Below are positions 46,693-56,800 of a DNA stretch of 64,000 bases, in pieces. This stretch comes from Candidatus Krumholzibacteriota bacterium (lineage in GTDB: Bacteria; Krumholzibacteriota; Krumholzibacteriia; JAJRXK01). The stretch is from NCBI GenBank assembly GCA_963727455.1, contig CAVSGG010000008.1, positions 352,001 to 416,000 on the forward strand. The letters run 5' to 3'. A model generated the notes under the pieces. The model worked only from the letters and a program-made list of their open reading frames with translations. It made no database searches and was not told where the DNA came from. The stretch's first letter is position 1, and each line of letters opens with the position of its first letter. The position numbers and the translations under genes were made by a program.

Positions 46693-49056
46693 GTGGCCAC
46701 CACCCACTCGCAATCATCGGTAGAAGAGCTCGTGGCAGCACAGAGCGCGAACTATGCCCACTGGGAGCTCATCAAGGACTGCATCGATCAGCTCATCGAC
46801 ATGATGCTCAACTACCGTCAGAGCGGGCATCCGGGCGGAAGTCGTTCGAAAGTGCACGCCTTGGTGGCGACGACCCTGGGTGGGGCCATGCGCTGGGACA
46901 TCCGCCGACCCGAGCATCCCTTCGCCGACCGCTTCATCCTAGTGGCCGGGCACTGCGCTCCTCTGGTCTATGCCACGCTGCCGATCTACCACGAGGCCCT
47001 GCGGGAGATGTACAAACGCACTGGTGACGCGCGCTACGAAGTGAAGGATGCAGAGCAGCGCGCGCTGTACTGGGAGGACCTCATGGGCTTCCGGCACAAT
47101 CGCGGTCTGGCGGGCCACGCGGAATCCGAAGGCAAGACACTCTTCTTCAAGTTCAACACGGGTCCCAGCGGACACGGCACTCCTCCCGCCGCGGGCGAAG
47201 CGATGGCTCTGAAGAGGGCCGGACTCTCTGAGGTGAAAGTCTTCGCCCTGGAAGGCGAAGGGGGACACAGCGCGGGCGCAAACCACGAAACGAAGAACGC
47301 GGCATGGGGCCTGGGACTGTCGAATCTCTGCTATCTACTCGACTGGAATGACTACGGAATCGACTCCTTTGCCCACTCCAGCGTCGTGCACGGCACTCCC
47401 GCCGATTGGTTCTCATCCTACGGCTGGCGCATTCACGGGGCCGAGAAGGGAAGCGAGTGGGATCAGATCTCCCCCGCGATCTTGGAAATGGTGCACGAGG
47501 AGGACAAGGACGATCGCCCGGGTGTCACATGGTTCAAAACGCGCAAGGGACGCGGCTACGGAAAGTACGACAATGCCAGTCATGGCTCGCCGCACAAGAC
47601 GAACAGCAAGGAATACTGGCAGACCAAGCGCGTGTTCGCGGAGAAATACGGCGTACAGTTCGAGGGCTTCGGGGAGCCGGCTCCCGAGGATCCAGAGGCT
47701 TTCCGCGCGCAGGTCATCGCGAACTATCGAAAGGTCATCGATCTCTTCCATTCCAAGGAGGAGACGATGAAGTACCTCGCCGACCGGCTGGTCGAGCTGG
47801 GCGAGAGCGTGCCCGAGGAGATCCCCAGCTTCAAGCTGGGGCGCAAAGGCAACCCGCTGCACGACCCCAAGCTTTTCGATTTCGCCAACTACCCGGCCGA
47901 AATGTGGAAGAAGCCCGGTGAGCAGGCGCCCAATCGGGCGGGCCTGGCTTCCTTCGGGGCCTGGATCAACTCCTACTGCAAGCAGCACTACGATCAGCCT
48001 CTGGTTCTGGCGATGAGCGCGGATCTCGCGGACAGCACCAACATCAGCGGATTCTGCAAGGACTTCGGCGAGATGAAGAACTTCGGCCGCTACCAGCGAG
48101 AAGAGAACCCCGACGGCTGCCTGCTCCCGATGGAGATCACGGAATTCAGCAATGCGGGAATCAGCGCCGGCATCAGCGCGGTGAACATGGCGAAGAAACC
48201 CAGCGAGGAGTTCCTGGGCTTCTTCAGCGCCTGTTCGACCTACGGTTCCTTCTCGTACCTGAAGTACGGTCCACTGCGGCTGTTCAGTCAGATGTCACAG
48301 GATTGCGAACTCAAACTGGGGAAGGTCATCTGGGTAGCCGGACACAGCGGACCGGAAACCGCCGACGACAGCCGTACACACTTCGGGATCTTCGGCCCGG
48401 GCGTGACCCAGCTCTTCCCGGACGGACACGTTTGTGACCTCCACCCCTTCGAATACAACGAAGTGCCGGTGATGCTTGCGGCGGCGCTGAAGGGGCCCTG
48501 GCCCATCGTCGCGCTGCATCTCACGCGGCCTCCCATCGAGATTCCCGACCGGAAGAAGTTGGGCATGGGACACCATTTCGAGGCGGCCAAGGGAGCATAC
48601 ATCCTTCGCGACTATAGAAAGGACCAGCCGAAGGCCGGATGTGTTTTTGTGCAGGGAACCATGTCCACCGCCAACACCATCTCCATCCTTCCCGAGCTGG
48701 ACAAACGCGGCCTCAACGTGAAGATCGTATCGGCGGTGAGCCCGCAGCTCTTCGCGGCACAGACGCGCGAGTATCAGGACCGCATCATCAGCCAGGCCGA
48801 TAAGTGGGATTCGACCTTCATCACCAATCGTTCACGGCGTCTCTTCTACGACTGGATCTACAACCCGCTGGCCGCCGAGTACGCATTGAGCAGCGATCAC
48901 GACAATCGCTGGCGGACCGGAGGTACTCTGGACGAGGTGATCGCAGAGGCGCGGCTGGATCCGGAGAGCATCGTGGCTGGGATCGAGCGATTCGTGAAGG
49001 ACCGCGACAAGCGTATGGCGCGCCTCAGCGAGGGCGTGAATCAGGCCAAGGCCTGA
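46693..49056 (+). CDS. Transketolase-like ThDP enzyme (long, divergent)
   Basis: SGHPGGS, DRFILVAGH, TGPSGHG, SADLADST, GHSGPETADDSRTH; AGAGG RBS before GTG 46693. Confidence 0.82.
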   Translation: MATTHSQSSVEELVAAQSANYAHWELIKDCIDQLIDMMLNYRQSGHPGGSRSKVHALVATTLGGAMRWDIRRPEHPFADRFILVAGHCAPLVYATLPIYHEALREMYKRTGDARYEVKDAEQRALYWEDLMGFRHNRGLAGHAESEGKTLFFKFNTGPSGHGTPPAAGEAMALKRAGLSEVKVFALEGEGGHSAGANHETKNAAWGLGLSNLCYLLDWNDYGIDSFAHSSVVHGTPADWFSSYGWRIHGAEKGSEWDQISPAILEMVHEEDKDDRPGVTWFKTRKGRGYGKYDNASHGSPHKTNSKEYWQTKRVFAEKYGVQFEGFGEPAPEDPEAFRAQVIANYRKVIDLFHSKEETMKYLADRLVELGESVPEEIPSFKLGRKGNPLHDPKLFDFANYPAEMWKKPGEQAPNRAGLASFGAWINSYCKQHYDQPLVLAMSADLADSTNISGFCKDFGEMKNFGRYQREENPDGCLLPMEITEFSNAGISAGISAVNMAKKPSEEFLGFFSACSTYGSFSYLKYGPLRLFSQMSQDCELKLGKVIWVAGHSGPETADDSRTHFGIFGPGVTQLFPDGHVCDLHPFEYNEVPVMLAAALKGPWPIVALHLTRPPIEIPDRKKLGMGHHFEAAKGAYILRDYRKDQPKAGCVFVQGTMSTANTISILPELDKRGLNVKIVSAVSPQLFAAQTREYQDRIISQADKWDSTFITNRSRRLFYDWIYNPLAAEYALSSDHDNRWRTGGTLDEVIAEARLDPESIVAGIERFVKDRDKRMARLSEGVNQAKA

Positions 49057-49081
49057 GACGGTCGGGGCATACTGCCCTCCG

Positions 49082-50461
49082 TCAGCGCCAGGCGGATAGT
49101 CCGCGTTCCTCCGCCGTGCCGGGGATGGTGTTGTCCAGGATCAGCGCGCTCACCGCGCCGACTGCCATCCCCGTCTGACCCAGTGTGTTGACGATGTTCG
49201 CCAGCCACTCCGGAGCGAAGTGCGCCGGGGTCTGGGTGAAATATTCCGGCACCGACAGTCCCATAAAAAACGCGAAGCCGAGAATGAAGAGGTTGCGCGC
49301 TGAGTTCAGGTCGACGAATTGCAGGTTCGAGAGACCAACCGCCGCGATCATCCCGAACATGGCGCAGTACATTCCCCCCACGATGGGCTGGGGGATCGTG
49401 GTGAACAGCGCGCCGAATTTCCCGAAGGCGCCAAACAGGAGCATGATCACCGCACCCACCTGGACCACTCTGCGACTGCCCACTCTGGTGAGACCGATCG
49501 CGCCGATGTTTTCGCTATAGGAAGTGGTTCCATTTCCCGTGCCCATGATCCCCGCGACCAGACAGCCCACGCCTTCCATTCCGATGCCACGGTTGATTTC
49601 GCGCGCTCGGGGCACCGGAGCGCCGGCAAGGCGGGCACAGGCATAGTAGTCGCCCACCGATTCCACCATCGATGCGAGATAGCCCGCCAACATCCCGACG
49701 ATCCCGGCCGCGCTGAACACCGGCCACCCCCACTGCATGGGATAGGGCACGCGAATCCAGGGCGCGGCGGCCACGTTGGCGAGAGAAACGTGCGCGGGAT
49801 GTCCAATTCCGAACACGCCGAGGGCGGTGAGGAGAGCGGACATTCCCCAGGCCAGCAGGATTCCCAGCATGATGGGAAAGAGCTCGAAGGCGCGGTGCGT
49901 GCGTCGCATGTACTGGCTGAAGATGATGATGAGGGCGATGGTCAGACCACCGATGCCCCAGTTCTCCCCCGCGATGGGAGCGCCGAAACGAAAGAGGGAA
50001 AGGCCAATGAGCGCGATGGTTGGAGCGATGGTAATGGGACCCACGAAGCGCAAGAGGCGACCCATGAGCCCGGAGTATCCCACTGCGATTTCCACCAAGG
50101 ATCCCGCGATCACCGCTCCCTGCACGTGTTGCAGGCGCACTTGCCAGCCCGCGTTGGCCAGAGCGGCCATTCCACAGATCGCGATGGCGGGAGAGAGGAA
50201 GGAAAAGGTTCCTCCCTGGACCAGGGGCAGCCGGTTGCCCCAGGTGGTCTGCAAGAAGGTGGTGATCCCGCTGACGAAGAACATGGTGGAGATGAGCCAG
50301 CCCAGCTGCACCGGCTTGTCGCTGAGTCCCAGAGGCTCGCTCAAGAGTAGTGGGATGGCTACCGTCGAACCGAACATCGTCAAGTAGTGCTGGAAACCGA
50401 GCGGAATGGTCTCTCGCAAGGGCGGAATGTCGTCGATGGCGTAGATGAGTTTGTGTTTCAT
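49082..50461 (-). CDS. NCS2/SLC23-family nucleobase permease
   Basis: GFQHYL, ESVGDY, signature SYSENIGAIGLTRVGSRR; last gene of the pyrimidine operon. Confidence 0.88.
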   Translation of the reverse strand: MKHKLIYAIDDIPPLRETIPLGFQHYLTMFGSTVAIPLLLSEPLGLSDKPVQLGWLISTMFFVSGITTFLQTTWGNRLPLVQGGTFSFLSPAIAICGMAALANAGWQVRLQHVQGAVIAGSLVEIAVGYSGLMGRLLRFVGPITIAPTIALIGLSLFRFGAPIAGENWGIGGLTIALIIIFSQYMRRTHRAFELFPIMLGILLAWGMSALLTALGVFGIGHPAHVSLANVAAAPWIRVPYPMQWGWPVFSAAGIVGMLAGYLASMVESVGDYYACARLAGAPVPRAREINRGIGMEGVGCLVAGIMGTGNGTTSYSENIGAIGLTRVGSRRVVQVGAVIMLLFGAFGKFGALFTTIPQPIVGGMYCAMFGMIAAVGLSNLQFVDLNSARNLFILGFAFFMGLSVPEYFTQTPAHFAPEWLANIVNTLGQTGMAVGAVSALILDNTIPGTAEERGLSAWR

Positions 50462-51834
50462 CGAAGCTCATCCAGGCCGCCGGGCACGAAATCGCGTCCC
50501 TCGCGAACCCGCGTGTCCCAGGTATCCACCTCCGGGGCCCGGCGTTGCTCGACCATGCTGATACAGCCCTCTACCGGACAGACGAGCCAGCAGAGATTGC
50601 AGCCCACGCACTCCGTCTCGTCGACCCACGGCACGCGAAAGGGCTCGAGGGTCGTGTCACCGGCATCGATCTTCTGCTGCCGCTGTGCGGCGATGCGTTT
50701 CGCCTCTTCCGCCATAGGCGCGCGATGGCCCTCGATGGGATCCTGACCCGGCAGGTGAATGCACTGATGGGCGCCATCCCAGCAGGAGACGTGGCAGCGC
50801 AGGCACCCGATGCAGCTCTCGGTATCGATCTTCGCGACGACGTGATAATTGAGATCGAGCTCGCCCCATTCCTTGAAGTGCGGAACCGCCAGACCCACGA
50901 GTTCGTCGACCGAGCGCATGCCCTTTTCGTCGAGAAATTCGCTGAGACCCTCGATCATGTCCTCGACGATACGGTAGCCGTAGTGCATGACCGCGGTGCA
51001 GACCTGCACGCTCTTGGCTCCCAAGGCCAGAAATTCGGCAGCGTCTCGCCAGTTGCCGATGCCACCGATGCCCGAGATGGGCAGACCGAAGTCCCGCGCC
51101 CGAGCCAGTTCAGCGACCATGCGCAGGGCGATCGGTTTCACGGCGGGACCGCAGTAGCCTCCATGCGAGGAGGAGCCGGCCACGCTGGGTAAGGGAGACA
51201 GCGAGTCGAGATCCACCCCCACGATGCTCTTGATAGTGTTGATTAAGGAAACCGCGGTCGCGCCGCCCTCCTTGGCCGCCATGCCGGGCTCCAGAATTTC
51301 CGAGACGTTCGGAGTGAGTTTGACGATCACCGGAAGTCTGGTGTCCTCCTTGACCCAGGAAACCAGTCGCTTCAGGACCTTGGGTTCCTGCCCCACCGCC
51401 GATCCCATTCCACGTTCGCACATCCCGTGAGGGCATCCGAAGTTCAGTTCCACGCCGTCGCAACCCGTATCCTCACAGCGTTTCAGGATGTCGCGCCACT
51501 CCTCGCGCGTATCGAACATCAAGGAGACGATGACGGCATGCTCGGGATAGCGACGCTTCACCTCCGCGATCTCTTTCAGATTTACCGCGAGAGAGCGATC
51601 GGTGATGAGCTCGATGTTGTTGAGGCCCATCATCCTGCGATCGGCCAGATCGACCGAGCCGAGTCGGCTGGAGACGTTCACGATGGGTTGACCCAGAGTT
51701 TTCCAGACTGCTCCGCCCCAACCGGCATCAAACGCGCGCATGACCTGCTCACCGGAATTGGTAGGAGGAGCCGAGGCGAGCCAGAAGGGATTGGGGCTCT
51801 TGATCCCGGCAAAGTCGATGGAAAGATCCGCCAT
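50458..51834 (-). CDS. preA: NAD-dependent dihydropyrimidine dehydrogenase subunit PreA
   Basis: NPFWLASAPPT, ELNFGCPHGM, VKLTPN, GGYCGPAVKPIAL, two C-terminal CxxCxxCxxxC clusters. Confidence 0.93.
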   Translation of the reverse strand: MADLSIDFAGIKSPNPFWLASAPPTNSGEQVMRAFDAGWGGAVWKTLGQPIVNVSSRLGSVDLADRRMMGLNNIELITDRSLAVNLKEIAEVKRRYPEHAVIVSLMFDTREEWRDILKRCEDTGCDGVELNFGCPHGMCERGMGSAVGQEPKVLKRLVSWVKEDTRLPVIVKLTPNVSEILEPGMAAKEGGATAVSLINTIKSIVGVDLDSLSPLPSVAGSSSHGGYCGPAVKPIALRMVAELARARDFGLPISGIGGIGNWRDAAEFLALGAKSVQVCTAVMHYGYRIVEDMIEGLSEFLDEKGMRSVDELVGLAVPHFKEWGELDLNYHVVAKIDTESCIGCLRCHVSCWDGAHQCIHLPGQDPIEGHRAPMAEEAKRIAAQRQQKIDAGDTTLEPFRVPWVDETECVGCNLCWLVCPVEGCISMVEQRRAPEVDTWDTRVREGRDFVPGGLDELR

Positions 51835-51836
51835 GC

Positions 51837-53159
51837 TCAATTCTCCCCCCTGAGAAGACGGTCGATCGCCCGGGCGGCACGCTGTCCATCGTCCACCGCA
51901 TTTACGACCTCTTTGCCGCCGTTGTAGCAGTCTCCACCGGTGAACACGCGGGGATTCCCGGTGGCCATGGTCTCGGGATCCGCCACGACACGGCCCTTTT
52001 CATCACACTGCACTTTCGGAAAGAGCGCGGCCAGACTGGCCAAGCGCTCCTGACCGGTGGCGACCACGATGAGCTGACAGGGCAGCTCCCCCGCCTCCTG
52101 CGCCGTGGATCGGCCATTCTCGGTGCGCAGCAGCGAAATCGAACGCATTTTCCCCGAGGAATCACGGTGGATTTCCGAGACCGCTCTTTCGGCCAGGAGC
52201 CGAACCCTCTTTTCCTTGGCCCTCTCCCACTCGTGCTCGTAGCCGGGCATCTTCTCCTCACTGCGGCGGTACACCAGGGTGACTTCTGGAATCCCGAGCG
52301 AGGCCAATTCCTGAACCGCGTCCAGGGCGGTGTTCCCGCCGCCGACCACCACGGCCGAGGAGACGCCCTCCAGCGCCGCCTCGCTCCGCAGTTTCATGTC
52401 CGCGATCCAGTCGACCGCGCCCACCACCGAAGAACCATCCGCACCAGGGACCCCGCGCAGAGAATCTGCCCCGAGGCCGGGGGCAAAAAAGACGGCAGCG
52501 TGTTTCGCCAGGAGTTCCTCTCCGGAAAAATCGCGGCCTAGCTCGACTCCGGTTTGGATCTGTACTCCGAGGGACTGGATAAACTTCACTTCGTCGAGAA
52601 CGTCCTCCGCGCGAATCTTATAGGGAGCGACACCGCTCACGTTCAGTCCACCCGGAAGTTGACTCTTCTCGTAGATCACCGTCTCATAACCCAAAAGCGC
52701 CAGGGTTCCCGCACAGGCCAACGAGGCGGGGCCCCCTCCCACCAAACCGATGGACTCGCTCTTCTTCTCCTGCCGAGGCAAGAGTTCGACCGAGCGCCCC
52801 TGCTCCATCGCGAAGCGTTGCAATCTGCCGATTTCGATGGGCTTGCGTCCCCAATCCATGTATACACACGCGCCCTCGCACAGCACCTCGACCGGACACA
52901 CCCGGGCGCAACTGGCGCCGAGTAGATTGGACTTCAAAATGGTGCGGGCGGAACCGCGGTAATTACCGGTCGCGATCTTGTGAATGAAGCTCGCGATGTC
53001 GATGCTGGTGGGACAGGCGATCGTACAGGGCGCATCGTGGCAGTACAGGCATCGGCTGGCTTCCGCAAAGGCCTCGGCTTTGGAGAAAGCCGGCTTCTTG
53101 TCGGTGAATCGCAGTTCCAAGCGCTCGGGGGGAACGGACCAGGATCCAGTAGCGCGCAT
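51837..53159 (-). CDS. preT: Dihydropyrimidine dehydrogenase subunit PreT (GltD-like)
   Basis: RCLYCHDAPC..ACP, CARVCP..LCEGAC, VGGGPA, VGGGNTA.D. Confidence 0.9.
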   Translation of the reverse strand: MRATGSWSVPPERLELRFTDKKPAFSKAEAFAEASRCLYCHDAPCTIACPTSIDIASFIHKIATGNYRGSARTILKSNLLGASCARVCPVEVLCEGACVYMDWGRKPIEIGRLQRFAMEQGRSVELLPRQEKKSESIGLVGGGPASLACAGTLALLGYETVIYEKSQLPGGLNVSGVAPYKIRAEDVLDEVKFIQSLGVQIQTGVELGRDFSGEELLAKHAAVFFAPGLGADSLRGVPGADGSSVVGAVDWIADMKLRSEAALEGVSSAVVVGGGNTALDAVQELASLGIPEVTLVYRRSEEKMPGYEHEWERAKEKRVRLLAERAVSEIHRDSSGKMRSISLLRTENGRSTAQEAGELPCQLIVVATGQERLASLAALFPKVQCDEKGRVVADPETMATGNPRVFTGGDCYNGGKEVVNAVDDGQRAARAIDRLLRGEN

Positions 53160-53160
53160 T

Positions 53161-54480
53161 CTATCCTCCGATCGCTTCAAACGACTCCTCCAGAATTTTC
53201 AGTGCCTCGTCGATCTCGCTCTCACCCACCGTCATGGGTGGCGAAATCCTGATGACATTCCCGTGTAGTCCGCCCTTTCCGATGAGAAGACCGCGCTTCT
53301 TGGTTTCCTCGAAGAGGCGGCCCACCGCCTGGGGATTCGGTGTACGGTCGCCACTGAGTTCGTCCACCACGAGTTCCAGACCCTGCATCAAGCCCATGCC
53401 CCGCACATCTCCCAGGACTTTCGGATGTTTCTTCTGAATCTCCAGAAGGCCGGCGCGCAGGCGCGCGCCCATCTTCTCGGAGTTCTGCGGAATCTTCTCG
53501 TCCTCCATGACTTGCAGGGTGGCATTGGCTGCGGCGCAGGACATCGGGTTGCCGCCGAAAGTCGAAATGGTCAGCTTCTTGAAGCTGTCCGCGATTTCCG
53601 GGGTGGCGATCGTAACCCCCAAGGGCATCCCGTTCGCCACTCCCTTGGCCATGGTCATGATCTCTGGCTGCACCCCCCAGTGCTCGATCCCGAAAAACTT
53701 CGACCCGGTGCGCCCGAAACCGGTCTGAACCTCGTCGCAGATAAAAACCCCTCCGTAGCGCCTGACAATCTCCACTGCCTTTTGAAAATACTCCGGAGGA
53801 GGTGTAACGAAGCCACCCACGCCTTGAATCGGCTCGGCCAGAAAGCCGGCGATCCGTCCGGTCGTCGTGGTCTGGATGAGCTCTTCGATGTCTTCGGCGC
53901 ACTTGATCTCGCACGAGGGATACTTCAGCCCGAGGGGACAGCGATAGCAGTACGGGGCCAAGGCGTGCTTGACCCCCGCGATCTGCGTGCTCACCGCGCG
54001 CCAGGGAGCGTGCGCGGTGAGAGACTGCGCCAGCATGGAGCGTCCGGAATAGCCGTGGCGCAGAGCGATGATCTCCTGCGCCCCCGTGTACACCTGCGCC
54101 AACGCGACGGCCGTCTCGTCGGCCTCGGTTCCCGAGGCGGTGAAGAAGCTCTTGCTCAACTCACCCGGAGCCAGTCTGGCCAGCCGCTCCGCCAATTCGA
54201 CGATGGGAAGGGTGGGAAAGAGCGTCGACACGTGACCGAGACGGTCGATTTGAGCTTTCAGCGGCTCGGTTACGCGCGGATCGCAGTGCCCGATGGAGAC
54301 AGTGAGGATCCCGCCGAAGAAATCGAGGTACTCCTTGCCGTCATAGTCCCTGAGACGTAGGCCGTTTCCGCTCTGCAGCGCAATCGGCTCCTGATAGTAG
54401 TTCGCCACGCTGGGCCAGAGATAACGCGCGTGTTTCTCGCGAATTTCCGATGCCTTGCTTTGGGCCTTGGTCTCGCTCAT
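53161..54480 (-). CDS. Class III aminotransferase (beta-alanine transaminase, AGXT2/PydD-like)
   Basis: DFFGGI, AEPIQGVGG, DEVQTGFGRTG, MAKGVANG, TFGGNP; operon context. Confidence 0.85.
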   Translation of the reverse strand: MSETKAQSKASEIREKHARYLWPSVANYYQEPIALQSGNGLRLRDYDGKEYLDFFGGILTVSIGHCDPRVTEPLKAQIDRLGHVSTLFPTLPIVELAERLARLAPGELSKSFFTASGTEADETAVALAQVYTGAQEIIALRHGYSGRSMLAQSLTAHAPWRAVSTQIAGVKHALAPYCYRCPLGLKYPSCEIKCAEDIEELIQTTTTGRIAGFLAEPIQGVGGFVTPPPEYFQKAVEIVRRYGGVFICDEVQTGFGRTGSKFFGIEHWGVQPEIMTMAKGVANGMPLGVTIATPEIADSFKKLTISTFGGNPMSCAAANATLQVMEDEKIPQNSEKMGARLRAGLLEIQKKHPKVLGDVRGMGLMQGLELVVDELSGDRTPNPQAVGRLFEETKKRGLLIGKGGLHGNVIRISPPMTVGESEIDEALKILEESFEAIGG

Positions 54481-55865
54481 CACAGTCCCCCATCGAGAGT
54501 TCGTTTGAGATAGCGCCCCGCACCCTTCTCCACTTTCAGATCGCCATTCTTGTACTGTATGCGGCCGTTGACCACCACGGTCGAGGGTACGCCCTTCAGT
54601 TTGAATCCCTCGAAGATGCTGCGGTCCACGTGGTGGTGGTGCGTCTTGGCCGAGATGGTCGCAGTTGCTTCCGGATCCCAGACCACGAGATCGGCATCGG
54701 CGCCCAGGGTGATACTGCCCTTGCGCGGATAGAGGCCGAAGATTTTCGCGGCGCGCGTGGAGCTGAGGTCGACGAACTGGTGCAGGTCGATCTTTCCCTC
54801 GAGAACTCCGTAGGTGTAGAGGAGCGCGAGACGATGTTCGATTCCGGCTGCTCCGTTGGGAATGAGTCGGAAGTCATCCTTGCCCATGTCCTTTTGCCCT
54901 TTTTGGTTGAAGGGGCAGTGGTCGGTGGCGACCGTCTGGAGAATCCCCGCCTTCAGAGCGTTCCACAGCACCTCCTGGTGACCTTTGGGCCGGATCGGTG
55001 GTGACATGACGTAGGCGGCGCCCTCGAAATCGGGCTTCTCGTACACACTGTCATCCAGCATGAGGTACTGCGTACAGGTCTCCCCGTAGACGGTCTGCCC
55101 CTGCTCCCTTCCCTGCGCGATGGCGCGCACGGAGGGCTCGCAGGTGACGTGGACCACGTAGAGCGAGCTGCCATTCATGCGTGAGAGCATAATGGCCCGA
55201 TTGGTGGCTTCACCCTCGACCGAAGGGGGCCGCGAAAGGGCGTGATACTTGGGCTCGCGCTTCTTCGCGTTGAAGAGCTTGTTCTGCAATTCGACGACCA
55301 TGTCGCCGTGTTCCGCGTGCACCGTAACCAAGGCGTTCAAATCGCGGGCGCACTTCATGACCTCGATGAGCTCGGGATCCTCCACGCCAATGGCCCCCCG
55401 GTAGGCCATGAAGGTCTTGAAGGAGGGAATTCCCTCCTCCTGGACGCAGCGTCGCATCACCTCGGCGGTATCCTCTCCCCACCAGGTGATGGCCATGTGG
55501 AAGCCGTAGTCGCTCACGGACTTCTCCGCCTTCTCGTACCACCACTTCAGGGCCTCGTCGTAGGAATCGCCGCGCCCGGGAATGACGAAATCGATGATGC
55601 TGGTGGTGCCTCCGGCCACTCCGGCCGCGGTTCCCGTTTCGAAGTCGTCCGCGGACACAGTTCCCATGAACGGCAGTTCCATGTGAACGTGTGGATCGAG
55701 TCCACCGGGAAAGACATACTGCCCCGACGCATCGATTACCTCGTCCTTTGAGCTGGCTTCGAGCTTTGGCCCCAGTGCGACGATCCTTCCGTCCTCGCAA
55801 CGAATGTCCCCGACGTAGCGGTCGATTGCCGTCACGATCGTTCCGTTCTTGATGAGCACGCTCAT
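54480..55865 (-). CDS. hydA: Dihydropyrimidinase (D-hydantoinase)
   Basis: PGGLDPHVH, GGTTSIIDF, SFKTFMAY, ATDHCPF, GADADLVVWDP. Confidence 0.93.
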   Translation of the reverse strand: MSVLIKNGTIVTAIDRYVGDIRCEDGRIVALGPKLEASSKDEVIDASGQYVFPGGLDPHVHMELPFMGTVSADDFETGTAAGVAGGTTSIIDFVIPGRGDSYDEALKWWYEKAEKSVSDYGFHMAITWWGEDTAEVMRRCVQEEGIPSFKTFMAYRGAIGVEDPELIEVMKCARDLNALVTVHAEHGDMVVELQNKLFNAKKREPKYHALSRPPSVEGEATNRAIMLSRMNGSSLYVVHVTCEPSVRAIAQGREQGQTVYGETCTQYLMLDDSVYEKPDFEGAAYVMSPPIRPKGHQEVLWNALKAGILQTVATDHCPFNQKGQKDMGKDDFRLIPNGAAGIEHRLALLYTYGVLEGKIDLHQFVDLSSTRAAKIFGLYPRKGSITLGADADLVVWDPEATATISAKTHHHHVDRSIFEGFKLKGVPSTVVVNGRIQYKNGDLKVEKGAGRYLKRTLDGGL

Positions 55866-55890
55866 GGTCACTCCTTTGTCGCGGGCTGAG

Positions 55891-56763
55891 TCAGGGGAGC
55901 AGATTCGACATGTCCCCGTAGGTCTCCGGCCGACGATCCCGATAGAATTGCCAGACCTGGCGCACCTCCTCGATCATCTCGAGGTCGAGATCGGCGTGGA
56001 CGAGTTCGTCCTGGTCTTCGCTGGCCTCGACCAGGAAGTCGCCGCGCGGATCCACGAAGTAGCTGCTTCCGTAGAAACGTCCGATGCCCCACGGCTGCTC
56101 CGTTCCCACTCGGTTGATACAGCCCATGAAATAGCCGTTGGCAACCGCATGCGCCGGTTGCTCCAACTTCCACAGATATTGCGAGAGCCCAGCAACGGTG
56201 GCGGAGGGATTGAAGACGATCTCCGCCCCGTTGAGCCCCAGAAGGCGCGCACCCTCGGGGAAATGGCGATCGTAGCAGATATACACTCCCACCTTGGCAT
56301 ATGCGGTTTGGAACACGGGATAACCCAGGTTGCCCGGCTTGAAGAAGTACTTCTCCCAAAATCCCGAAGTGTGTGGAATGTGGTTCTTGCGGTACTTGCC
56401 CAGGTACTTGCCGTCGGCGTCGATCACGGCAGCGGTATTGTAATAGACGCCCGCTTGTTCGCGTTCGTAGACCGGTACCACCAGGACCATCTGGTACTTC
56501 TTGGCGTAGGGCGTCATCACCTCCACCGTGGGGCCGGGCACCGGCTCGGCCGCCGCGTACCAGCGCTTGTCCTGCGAGGGGCAGAAGTAGGGGCCATTGA
56601 AGATCTCCTGCAGACAGAGGATCTTGACCCCCGCCTTGCCCGCCTCCTCCACGAAAGGAAGGTGTCTCTCCAGAGCGGCCGCCTGGATTTCCGCGACCTC
56701 ACGAGATTCATCGTTGATGGGATTCGAACACTGGATGAGACCGCCACGAACGACTCTGGACAC
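55891..56763 (-). CDS. Beta-ureidopropionase (nitrilase/CN-hydrolase family)
   Basis: Catalytic E-K-C in CLQEIF, YRKNHIP, ICYDRHFPE; AGGAGG RBS before GTG 56763. Confidence 0.9.
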   Translation of the reverse strand: MSRVVRGGLIQCSNPINDESREVAEIQAAALERHLPFVEEAGKAGVKILCLQEIFNGPYFCPSQDKRWYAAAEPVPGPTVEVMTPYAKKYQMVLVVPVYEREQAGVYYNTAAVIDADGKYLGKYRKNHIPHTSGFWEKYFFKPGNLGYPVFQTAYAKVGVYICYDRHFPEGARLLGLNGAEIVFNPSATVAGLSQYLWKLEQPAHAVANGYFMGCINRVGTEQPWGIGRFYGSSYFVDPRGDFLVEASEDQDELVHADLDLEMIEEVRQVWQFYRDRRPETYGDMSNLLP

Positions 56764-56800
56764 TTGTTTCCTCCTCTGTGCGCCGCTGTACGAATGAACT

